Shown here piece after piece: positions 1 through 6,779 of a stretch of DNA of 11,979 nt. The position numbers and the translations under genes were made by a program. Position 1 is the first letter of the stretch. Every line of letters begins with the position of its first letter. The notes beneath the pieces were generated by a model. That model did not search any database. It had not been told where the DNA came from and saw nothing but the letters and a program-made list of their open reading frames with translations. Location of the stretch: assembly GCA_019634345.1 (NCBI GenBank), contig JAHQVL010000373.1:1-11979 (forward strand). Reading direction: 5' to 3'. Source of the DNA: Rhodothermaceae bacterium (GTDB lineage: Bacteria > Bacteroidota > Rhodothermia > Rhodothermales > JAHQVL01).

Positions 1-1501
1 TAAATGCGATTTGAGAACCCGACGGGTGCCATACTGGAAATTGGTCGTCGTGGTCGGTGGGAAGTTGTGTGATTGATTTGTCCGACGTATCGAGGACTTG
101 AACGGTTCGTTTCCCCTCATCATCAAAGATAGAATAGGCAATGGACCTGCCATTCGGTTGCCATTGCAGGGATGAAAGTTGTACGTCTCCTTCAAAAGAA
201 GTGTATTGAACTTCGGTACGCGTCTCTACATCCAAGATAAAAATATTAGCGGTTCCTCTCTCAGATCCAATAAATGCAAGCCTCTTTCCATCAGGAGAAT
301 AGGAGGGAGAGATAGCGCGTCGATTATGCGTTATCCGTTGAGGTTTCCTGGATTTAGTATCAACAATAAACAAGTCATTGACTATCGACCCGTTTTTTGC
401 TCTCGTTCGCGAGGCATACGCAATCGAAGTACCTTCCGGGTGCCAGGAGACGGGAGACTGGATAGATCCTTCTGCAAGTATCCTTGTTTTCTTGGCTGCT
501 TTGTCTACCATAAAAAGGCGCCTGACAGGCCGGCTCAACGAGGTAAGCGAAACCACGGCAATCTGTGAGGTGTCCGGACCAACCTGTACATCATAGACAT
601 ACTGGCCAGGTATGCTGAGAGGTTTTGAACCAAGAGAATCTGCATTCTCCATTTGTCCAGCTAATGTATTGTAATAGATATTTACGTGCCGGCGCCATTC
701 GTCATAAAATGCTCTGTAGGACTGCCCTGTAGTCTCATCGAAGGCTTTATAGAAATCATGGGTTTTGAGAAAGCCAAGGAAATAAGATGATCTATGTTTG
801 AGTATCTGGGTAACGGTGCTGTCTCCATACTGAGAGGTTAGGTATCGCAATTGAGAGTTACCCACCGCATACTGAAGCCGTCCATTCCATACAGAACGGC
901 CATCGGTGTAAGAAAGCTGATCGTCCAGAGTCGCTGTCCGAAGCCATTGCTCTCCTCGATACGCATCCCATAATTCAGTTTCGTATTGAGCGATACCTTC
1001 TGCCCAGAAGCTAGGCATCGGATCCCCTGTCAAGAAATCGAGCAATAATCCTCTGTTGCCACGTACTGCTTTGCCATGAAACAGATGGGCCAGTTCATGG
1101 GAGATGACTGTGCGAAGCCATTTAGTATTTCCCGACCACTGCCGGGCCACATCGTTTACATGCACCCAGATGTTTGTGTATCCTAGCCGTACCGCAAATC
1201 CGTTGAGAATCTCGTCTTCATCCGTCAGGTAAATACGAATCTTCTCATCGAACGTGACGTCCAGGTTCTTGGATAACGCAGTATAACTCGCCTCTGAAAT
1301 CGAGGCGGCTTCAATTTCGATCCCAGCAAGATGAGCCGGGTACATAATCTCGAAATGGTCCGTCTCTGCAACCTGCCAATCAAGCTCAGGATGATTCCGA
1401 TTGTTGAACGTGTTGAACCCTTGTCCGTAGGCAGAAAGGGGGGAAAGACTAACAAAAAATAGGGTACAGATAAAAAAGATAAGCCAGAGCCGCACAGTCA
1501 C
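1..1501 (-). CDS. Secreted zinc metallopeptidase (HExxH, gluzincin-like) fused to a C-terminal TolB/PD40-type beta-propeller; C-terminus runs off the window (3' partial). Probable GTG start at 1501..1499.
   Basis: The minus-strand frame is open from a TAA at 1520-1522 to window position 1. The first in-frame start is GTG at 1501, since there is no upstream ATG. The N-terminus VTVRLWLIFFICTLFFVSLSPLSA|YGQG is a typical signal peptide. HELAH is encoded at 1085-1099, with a downstream Glu candidate in WAEGIAQYE. The C-terminal part has repeated PD40-like motifs (SWHPEGTSIAYAS, SPDGKRLAFIG, WQPNGRSIAYS, WHPSGSQIAF). The gene is missing from the ORF track only because no stop lies inside the window. 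The track's own 76-aa ORF at 1225..1455 is in a different frame. Confidence 0.7.
   Translation of the reverse strand, partial: MTVRLWLIFFICTLFFVSLSPLSAYGQGFNTFNNRNHPELDWQVAETDHFEIMYPAHLAGIEIEAASISEASYTALSKNLDVTFDEKIRIYLTDEDEILNGFAVRLGYTNIWVHVNDVARQWSGNTKWLRTVISHELAHLFHGKAVRGNRGLLLDFLTGDPMPSFWAEGIAQYETELWDAYRGEQWLRTATLDDQLSYTDGRSVWNGRLQYAVGNSQLRYLTSQYGDSTVTQILKHRSSYFLGFLKTHDFYKAFDETTGQSYRAFYDEWRRHVNIYYNTLAGQMENADSLGSKPLSIPGQYVYDVQVGPDTSQIAVVSLTSLSRPVRRLFMVDKAAKKTRILAEGSIQSPVSWHPEGTSIAYASRTRAKNGSIVNDLFIVDTKSRKPQRITHNRRAISPSYSPDGKRLAFIGSERGTANIFILDVETRTEVQYTSFEGDVQLSSLQWQPNGRSIAYSIFDDEGKRTVQVLDTSDKSITQLPTDHDDQFPVWHPSGSQIAF
1430..1501 (-). other. Predicted Sec signal peptide of the metallopeptidase (about 24 aa, cleavage around LSA|YG)
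   Basis: Positively charged n-region (R), a hydrophobic core LWLIFFICTLFFV, and a small-residue cleavage motif S-L-S-P-L-S-A. Confidence 0.5.
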
Positions 1502-1753
1502 TATTTGGTAAGGTTTTGATTATTTGAAACGAAATCGTTTTATTTAGGAGTAATATGACGCTAAATCATATCTTTCATACACATCATTCTGTTCTTTTAT
1601 CTATTCAATTCGAGCAACCTCTTCTTCCTGGTGTCCAATTCTCTTAGGGTCAGTTCTTAAGTGTCCCGATGGACTATATCGTTTCGGTATGACAGAAGGT
1701 TGACATAGTATCTGGTTTATATTGGTCAGTAACATCAATAGATACATGTTAAC
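1502..1753. promoter_or_regulatory. AT-rich divergent intergenic region, presumed to hold promoters for the peptidase gene (leftward) and the 1754 ORF (rightward)
   Basis: A 250-bp non-coding, AT-rich gap between divergently oriented starts. A TTGACA hexamer lies at about 1699-1704 but has no well-spaced -10. I cannot support any exact promoter call. Confidence 0.3.
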
Positions 1754-2488
1754 ATGGAACGAACGCTATTCCTTTCTTCGTCAACACCTCTTCGATTGTT
1801 GAGAAACGATACATCTGAATATACGCCTATCTCCGTGCTGGAAGAACCGATGTTGTTTTATCAACCTCCTTATTCTAGCATGTTAACAGATGACCTTGCA
1901 TGGTATTTTACCCGCTTTTTGGCGGATAATGCCGGCATTCAAGACCAGGCCAGGGTACAGACACCCTACGCTGAGTATACCGTAGATTTTTTAATCGAAC
2001 TAGGCAAACATCGTGTAGGATTCATGGTAGGGCACATGGGTGATGACAATGCGCGGGCAGAGTCAAGCTTCAGGGATGCCATGTTAATCGACTCAGGTGG
2101 GTTAGATGTGATCTATCGCTTCCGAGCTCAAGATCTTGAAGAACGCCTCTATGATTGCCTACAGCTTGTGTGCACCTGGAATCCAAGCTTATTCAGCTAC
2201 AGGGGCCGGGTAAACCTTGAAACACTCTCTAGTGTGGAAGCCCGGGCGTTTAAACCAACCTACAATGAGTCGCTTTTCCAGGTGGCTGTTGGCACTGCTT
2301 CTTCAGCAGATTCTTTTATGGACGAATACTTTGTTTGGCCCTCGCAAGAAGCACGGTCTACTGAAGTCTTCTTTCGTCGTATGTGCCGGCAGTATCCCGC
2401 CGCATGGCTGTACGAATACGAACGGGCCCTTGTCCACTACGGCGTCTCGCCTGAGATGCTGCGTCAAAAGTGGGCGAAAAGTGCATAA
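1754..2488 (+). CDS. Hypothetical protein with a DUF559/Vsr-like PD-(D/E)xK (restriction-endonuclease-fold) core in the N-terminal half and a C-terminal extension of about 130 aa of unknown function
   Basis: 244-aa ORF with an ATG start. The segment YAEYTVDFLIELGKHRVGFMVGH...ARAESSFRDAMLIDSGGLDVIYRFRAQDL resembles the DUF559 consensus (Y.VDF....L.VE.DG..H...R..R...L...G..VlRFw..v). An acidic residue followed by ExxK/ExD-like positions fits a PD-(D/E)xK fold. This was recognised by eye, not by search. Confidence 0.55.
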   Translation: MERTLFLSSSTPLRLLRNDTSEYTPISVLEEPMLFYQPPYSSMLTDDLAWYFTRFLADNAGIQDQARVQTPYAEYTVDFLIELGKHRVGFMVGHMGDDNARAESSFRDAMLIDSGGLDVIYRFRAQDLEERLYDCLQLVCTWNPSLFSYRGRVNLETLSSVEARAFKPTYNESLFQVAVGTASSADSFMDEYFVWPSQEARSTEVFFRRMCRQYPAAWLYEYERALVHYGVSPEMLRQKWAKSA

Positions 2489-2494
2489 AATAGA

Positions 2495-2528
2495 GAGGGC
2501 TGAGTAAGAGTACATCACCTCAGCCCTC
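2495..2528. terminator. Candidate bidirectional terminator hairpin between convergent genes (10-bp perfect stem GAGGGCTGAG/CTCAGCCCTC, 14-nt loop)
   Basis: Perfect inverted repeat 2495-2504 / 2519-2528, sitting between the stop of the + strand ORF (2488) and the stop of the flotillin gene (2555). Flanks are A-rich upstream (GCATAAAATAGA) and modestly T/A-rich downstream. Confidence 0.35.
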
Positions 2529-2554
2529 AGATTATCCACAGATACAGGCCCTGC

Positions 2555-3826
2555 TTAGCCTTCGTCATTCCCGTTCGGCAACTGTAAAGGAGTAGGCTCA
2601 ACAGGCTCAGCGGCCTTGTTTAGCATCCCCGCTATATCGATACCCGTTGATGCCTTGAGGCTTTCCAGTAGGGCAGGGGTTGATCCAGCTATTTGACTGA
2701 ATACGGCGGGCACACCGGTGCCGCTTCCGCCCTGACCACCGTCTACAACGGTAATCTTGTCGATTTGCAGGTTGTCTACCGTGCTTACGACCTGCTTCAT
2801 GATTTCAGGCAGCATCTGGATCAGGAAGAGCCGCTCAGCATCCGTTCCTGCTTGTTTCCAAAGCTCCAGCTTACGACGCAAGACTTCAACTTCTGCCTGG
2901 CCATCTTCTAAAATACGAGCCGCATCCCCTTTGGCGGCTTCTTCTTTTGCCTTTCGGTCTGCTTCGGCTTTAACAACAACGAGGGATTGCTGGCGTTTTT
3001 CTGCAAGGGTGATTTCTTGTTCAGCAAGCTCTTGTTCGGCTTTAGCTTCTGATACACGAGCAGCGATACTGACCTTCGCTTCTTCTGCTTCCGCTTCAGC
3101 ATCTAACTGGGCCTTGACGATTCTCACTTCGTTTTGAGCTTCTGCAATGGCTTTGTCCGCTTTGGCCTGTGCGAGTTTTGCGTGCTCAAGCTGCTGGGCT
3201 TCTGCTATTTCAGCCGATGCAATAAGTCTTGCCGTCCGCTGCCGTCCTATGGCATCAAGATATCCTCGGTCGTCTTCAACGCTTTGAATTTTAAGCGTGT
3301 CGAGCTGAAGCCCAAGGGCACTCAAGTCATTGTCTGCCTCATCAACCAGGGTTTTTGCAAATTTAAGCCGGTCTTCATTCACTTCCTCAGGGGTCAGCGT
3401 GGCTAACACGCCACGTAAGTTACCTTCCAGTGTTTCCTTTGCAATGCCTTGCACTTCATTGAGTGGCTTACCCAGAAGCCGCTCTATAGCATTGTTGATT
3501 TCTGGCTCGTTGGAAGCGATCTTCACGTTTGCAATGGCCCGAACGGTTAGCGGAATACCACCCTTGGAGTAGGCATTGGATACCAGCAAATCGATAGGGA
3601 TGGTATTGAGCAAAAGGCGATCAACGCGCTCAATAACAGGCACTCGAAAAGCACGGCCTCCTCGGATGATTCTGTATCCTAACGTGTTTCCATCTGGAAG
3701 CCTACGCTTTTTACCACTGAAGATTAAGACCTCATTGGGTTGACAGATTTTGAGATTGGCTTGGATAATGCCAAATACGGTGAATAGGGCGACAATTGCG
3801 ACAAATGCAATGATAATTCCTTCCAT
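2555..3826 (-). CDS. SPFH/band-7 family flotillin-like protein (YqiK/FloT type): N-terminal membrane anchor, SPFH domain, long Ala/Glu-rich coiled coil
   Basis: 423 aa. N-terminal TM MEGIIIAFVAIVALFTVFGII. An SPFH-like region is followed by EA-repeat coiled coil (AEAQQLEHAKLAQAKADKAIAEAQNE...AEAEAEEAK...). There is a C-terminal Gly-rich tail. The ATG sits only 16 bp downstream of the NfeD stop, which is the classic nfeD-flotillin operon. Confidence 0.85.
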   Translation of the reverse strand: MEGIIIAFVAIVALFTVFGIIQANLKICQPNEVLIFSGKKRRLPDGNTLGYRIIRGGRAFRVPVIERVDRLLLNTIPIDLLVSNAYSKGGIPLTVRAIANVKIASNEPEINNAIERLLGKPLNEVQGIAKETLEGNLRGVLATLTPEEVNEDRLKFAKTLVDEADNDLSALGLQLDTLKIQSVEDDRGYLDAIGRQRTARLIASAEIAEAQQLEHAKLAQAKADKAIAEAQNEVRIVKAQLDAEAEAEEAKVSIAARVSEAKAEQELAEQEITLAEKRQQSLVVVKAEADRKAKEEAAKGDAARILEDGQAEVEVLRRKLELWKQAGTDAERLFLIQMLPEIMKQVVSTVDNLQIDKITVVDGGQGGSGTGVPAVFSQIAGSTPALLESLKASTGIDIAGMLNKAAEPVEPTPLQLPNGNDEG

Positions 3827-3842
3827 AGGTGTTTATATTAAA

Positions 3843-4451
3843 TTAGTTTGGCTTTACAACTTCAATGATACCTTTCTCCGTGCGGACCACCACTACTTCG
3901 TCTCCTGGCGCAAATTGTTCTTCGGAGGTGTCATCCAAAGAACGGGCGAGTAAGCGAACCTCGTTGCCTTTAACAACGAGGCTGATTTTTCCTCGTTCTG
4001 TGCCCGTGAACGGAATGAGCACTTTGCCTGTCATTCCTTTCATTTCGTTCGTTGTTATATCACTAGAAACATGCTGATAAGCTACTTTCTTGATGATATA
4101 ATTGCCTCCGAACCCAATCGTGAGCCCAAGTGTAGAGGCTATGATTGATGTTAAGGGTTCAGCCGTTCCAGACCAGGTAAGTAACATACCGGTGAGACCA
4201 AAGAACGTGGCAAAGAGAAAAAGCGTCCGTATGGTGAGTAGGTCCACAAGTCCTGGACCCGCGCCAATATCACTTCCAATTTCACCACCATCTACGTCGA
4301 TTTCCACTTCCCCATCAAAATCCGCGTCCATGTCAAAGTCTGTATCGACATCAAAATCTCCATCCATGTCCGTATCAGCATCGCCGCCGAAAATGGACAA
4401 TAGGATGAAGAAACCACCGACAAGGAGGCTTACTAAATAGATCGTGCTCAT
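3843..4451 (-). CDS. NfeD-family (YqiJ/YuaF-like) membrane protein with C-terminal OB-fold; partner of the downstream flotillin
   Basis: 202 aa with two or three hydrophobic helices. The C-terminal segment GKVLIPFTGTERGKISLVVKGNEVRLLARSLDD...PGDEVVVVRTEKGIIEV is typical of the NfeD OB-fold. It is directly upstream of, and co-directional with, an SPFH gene. There is an unusual 40-aa poly-acidic loop (DADTDMDGDFDVDTDFDMDADFDGEVEIDVDGGEIGSD). Confidence 0.75.
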   Translation of the reverse strand: MSTIYLVSLLVGGFFILLSIFGGDADTDMDGDFDVDTDFDMDADFDGEVEIDVDGGEIGSDIGAGPGLVDLLTIRTLFLFATFFGLTGMLLTWSGTAEPLTSIIASTLGLTIGFGGNYIIKKVAYQHVSSDITTNEMKGMTGKVLIPFTGTERGKISLVVKGNEVRLLARSLDDTSEEQFAPGDEVVVVRTEKGIIEVVKPN

Positions 4452-4477
4452 GTGTCTTTGTGTGATCGTGATTGCGC

Positions 4478-4483
4478 ATTATA
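4478..4483 (-). promoter_or_regulatory. Possible -10 hexamer (TATAAT on minus strand) for the nfeD-flotillin operon
   Basis: A perfect TATAAT lies 25 nt upstream of the nfeD ATG on the minus strand. There is no convincing -35 (best candidates are TAACGT / GTAACG). Sigma-70-type promoters may not apply in this lineage. Confidence 0.2.
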
Positions 4484-4537
4484 CGTAAGATAGCGCTTCC
4501 ACGTTACACTTCCACGGATATTTATCGTGTGAATAAC

Positions 4538-4571
4538 AAAAAAAGCCACTCTGTGAGGAGTGGCTTCTTGC
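4538..4571 (-). terminator. Rho-independent terminator of the amtB-glnK transcript (stem GCCACTC / GAGTGGC, 6-nt loop, followed on the minus strand by 7 T)
   Basis: Plus strand reads AAAAAAA-GCCACTC-TGTGAG-GAGTGGC-TTCTTGC. The stem halves are 4545-4551 and 4558-4564, and the A7 run is 4538-4544. On the minus strand this is a hairpin followed by TTTTTTT, about 65 nt downstream of the glnK stop (4629). The T/A tracts on both sides could give some bidirectional activity. Confidence 0.6.
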
Positions 4572-4628
4572 ACATGATGTCCCGTGGGCCGATATATTCA
4601 TGTGTTACGGATGTGCTGCAAAAATGCG

Positions 4629-4979
4629 CTATTTGACAGGCGTAACCGCAGATGTATCTACTTCTCCAGTTCGAATCCTGTAGATATGCTCCACAGGTAA
4701 AACGAAAATCTTCCCATCTCCAATTTCACCCGTTCGCGCCGCCAGCATAAGGGTTTGTACTGTCTTTTCTACAAACGATTCGGAGATGCCAATTTCAATA
4801 GCCACCTTGTCATTCAATTCGTGCTTGTATTTCGTACCCCGGTAGATCTCAATCTTTTCTTTTTCTCCGCCATGACCCCGCACTCGCGAAACAGTGAGTC
4901 CGTAAATATCCGCTTCATAGAGAGCGTTGAGAACCTCTGTGAGTTTTTCTGATCGAATAATTGCTTTAATAAGTTTCAT
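4629..4979 (-). CDS. glnK: Nitrogen regulatory protein P-II (GlnB/GlnK family); called GlnK because it is linked to amt
   Basis: 116 aa: MKLIKAIIRSEKL...GLTVSRVRGHGGEKEKIEIYRGTKY...TGEIGDGKIFVLPVEHIYRIRTGE. It shows canonical PII length, a T-loop with Tyr at the position equivalent to Tyr51 (IYRGTKY), and a B-loop TGxxGDGKIF. Confidence 0.9.
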   Translation of the reverse strand: MKLIKAIIRSEKLTEVLNALYEADIYGLTVSRVRGHGGEKEKIEIYRGTKYKHELNDKVAIEIGISESFVEKTVQTLMLAARTGEIGDGKIFVLPVEHIYRIRTGEVDTSAVTPVK

Positions 4980-4989
4980 GGTATGCAGT

Positions 4990-5070
4990 GGGTTTCGTGA
5001 TTCTGATCGGTTTCGTGTTGCGAGTTGTCCTAGGAGCTAATGAACGCTTTCTAACCCGAAACACGAAACC
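4990..5070. repeat. Structured amtB-glnK intergenic spacer: direct repeats GGTTTCGTG x2 (4991-4999, 5009-5017) plus a perfect 11-bp inverted repeat GGTTTCGTGTT (5009-5019) / AACACGAAACC (5060-5070) with a 40-nt spacer
   Basis: Read directly from the sequence. The 3' arm also carries a CGAAAC duplication (CCCGAAACACGAAACC). The spacer lies between the amt stop (5106) and the glnK start (4979). Confidence 0.45.
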
Positions 5071-5105
5071 AATCAAATATACCGATAGGAATTATTTGGT
5101 TGTAC

Positions 5106-6503
5106 TTATACGGGAACGAGATCTTGAGCACCAGAAGGAATCAGGTAAGCCTCGGTAGCGTGCTCACCAATGTCAAGCCCTTCTGATTCTTCAGCTTCAC
5201 TGACGCGTAGCCCGAAGAACTGTTTGATAGGTAGTGCAACGGCTAGTGTAAAGAGGACCGTAAATAACCCAATACTGCCAATTCCAATCAATTGGGCTAC
5301 AAACTGAGAGAATCCAGCAGACTGACCAAATATACCTACAGCGAGCGTTCCCCAAATGCCGCAGACAAGGTGAACACTGATCGCCCCAACTGGATCATCA
5401 ATTTTTAACACCTTATCGATTGTGATTACTGCAAAGTAGACAATCGCGCCTGCTATCGCCCCGATAACGACCGCTTCCCATACTGCCATCTGGTCTGCGC
5501 CTGCCGTAATACCAACAAGACCTGCCAGAATACCATTAAGGCCCATACTCAAATCGGGTTTTTTGTCCATCAACCAGGACGTGATGCCGGCAGTGAAGCC
5601 GCCTGCTGCCGCTGCCATTGAGGTGGTTACCAGCACGAGAGATACGCCGGCAGCGTCCGCCGTAAGAACAGACCCTCCGTTAAAGCCAAACCAGCCAAAC
5701 CATAGTAAGAATACACCAATTGCAGCCAGAGGCATATTGCTTCCGGGGATCGCTTTTACAGCGCCATCTTTGCCATACTTCCCGAGGCGGGGACCTAACA
5801 ACATGGCCATGATAAGCGCCGCCCAGCCACCAACTGAGTGTACAACGGTAGAACCGGCGAAATCGTAGAAGTTGCTGCCTTGGAAGAGGCTGCCTTCGCC
5901 TGGATTCAAGAATCCAGCGCCCCAGTGCCATGCACCGGTAATTGGATAACTAAGGCCTACCAGGAGCGTGATAAAAATAAGGAAGCTATGCAGCTTAATC
6001 CGTCCTGCAACCGCACCAGATACAATCGTAGCTGCTGTAGCTGCGAACATGGCCTGGAAGAAGAAGTCGGTATACCACGTGTACCCTTCGTTGTATTCCG
6101 ACGTTAGATTCGAGGCAACAGCATCTACATCGGTGGGATCGACGCTGATGAATCCAGAAACTGCTCCAAACGAAAGAAATCCATTAAAATCCCCAGGGTA
6201 CATAATATTGAATCCACACAGCGCATAGGTAAGTAGGCCAATGCAGATAATCATTGTATTCTTAAAAAGAATATTGACTGTGTTTTTTGACTGTGTCAAG
6301 CCGGATTCTAACGATGCAAATCCCAGGTGCATGATGAAGACCAGTGCACCTGCCATCATGATCCAGAGGTTGTTGATGGTCCAAAGAACAAAATCCGCTG
6401 AAACTGAATCGCTAGCTGGCGCTGCCTCCTGAGCAAAAGAACCCAAAGGGGTAAAGGCTGCTAGCATGGTTACACCAAAGAGAACTACGAGTGTCCGTGC
6501 CAT
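5106..6503 (-). CDS. amtB: Ammonium transporter (Amt/AmtB family) with cleavable N-terminal signal peptide
   Basis: 465 aa. Signal peptide MARTLVVLFGVTMLAAFTPLGSFA|QEA. The mature protein has 11 predicted TM helices and Amt hallmarks (DFAGSTVVHSVGGWAALI, two conserved His-bearing helices, GxxAxxxFxxY-like twin-His region). A glnK gene follows immediately. Confidence 0.9.
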   Translation of the reverse strand: MARTLVVLFGVTMLAAFTPLGSFAQEAAPASDSVSADFVLWTINNLWIMMAGALVFIMHLGFASLESGLTQSKNTVNILFKNTMIICIGLLTYALCGFNIMYPGDFNGFLSFGAVSGFISVDPTDVDAVASNLTSEYNEGYTWYTDFFFQAMFAATAATIVSGAVAGRIKLHSFLIFITLLVGLSYPITGAWHWGAGFLNPGEGSLFQGSNFYDFAGSTVVHSVGGWAALIMAMLLGPRLGKYGKDGAVKAIPGSNMPLAAIGVFLLWFGWFGFNGGSVLTADAAGVSLVLVTTSMAAAAGGFTAGITSWLMDKKPDLSMGLNGILAGLVGITAGADQMAVWEAVVIGAIAGAIVYFAVITIDKVLKIDDPVGAISVHLVCGIWGTLAVGIFGQSAGFSQFVAQLIGIGSIGLFTVLFTLAVALPIKQFFGLRVSEAEESEGLDIGEHATEAYLIPSGAQDLVPV

Positions 6504-6557
6504 AGGAATATCAATTGGCTAATTAGGAAAAATTGGGTGACTAAAGCCCGAACTGCT

Positions 6558-6570
6558 GGTAAATAGTACC
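6558..6570. promoter_or_regulatory. Small palindrome GGTA-N5-TACC, 55-67 bp upstream of the amtB start codon; candidate operator
   Basis: GGTAAATAGTACC read from the sequence. It does not match the NtcA (GTA-N8-TAC) or sigma-54 (GG-N10-GC) spacing. Its function is not established. Confidence 0.15.
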
Positions 6571-6779
6571 GCTTTTCAGGAGCTAAAGTGATGGTGTCGG
6601 ATTGAATAATAAATTAGGTGGATCGAGTTGTCAAGTTAAATTATTTATGAGAAAGCGCTTTTATTTTACTTTTATTACAATATATAGTCTTATTCGCCTT
6701 TTGTGAACTTAAAAAAATTAGGCGACAAGTTAATGGTAGCGGTTCCAGGGTTTGGCGGTCGTTCGGTTTTTGAATGGAC

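Noticed and set aside
179-596. Plus-strand ORFs 179..568 and 378..596
   Set aside because: They lie entirely inside, and antisense to, the long minus-strand metallopeptidase/propeller reading frame. The proteins are low-complexity Arg/Ser-rich with no features.
2693-3572. Plus- and minus-strand ORFs overlapping the flotillin gene (2693..2911, 2757..3137, 2908..3102, 3134..3406, 3330..3572)
   Set aside because: These are antisense or off-frame artefacts of the Ala/Glu-rich coiled-coil coding repeat. The products (poly-Ser/Ala, poly-Lys) are compositional mirrors of the real protein.
3827-3842. Possible independent promoter for the flotillin gene
   Set aside because: There are only 16 bp between the nfeD stop and the flotillin start. 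That is consistent with translational coupling, not a separate promoter.
3865-4440. Plus-strand ORFs 3865..4077 and 4102..4440 (Ser/Pro-rich)
   Set aside because: They are antisense to NfeD. The SPSMSVSASP periodicity is just the complement of the GAC/GAT aspartate repeat.
4668-4685. CCAGTTCGAATCCTG, which resembles a tRNA T-arm/T-loop (GTTCGAATC)
   Set aside because: It lies inside the glnK coding frame with no acceptor/anticodon arms or CCA-compatible context, so it is a chance match.
5563-6432. Several 60-100-aa ORFs on both strands inside amtB
   Set aside because: They overlap a strongly supported 465-aa Amt transporter frame and have no independent support.
6541-6575. Sigma-54 promoter (TGG-N-CGC around 6558-6573) for amtB
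   Set aside because: The GG/GC spacing is 11, not 10, and the element reads on the plus strand while amtB is on the minus strand.
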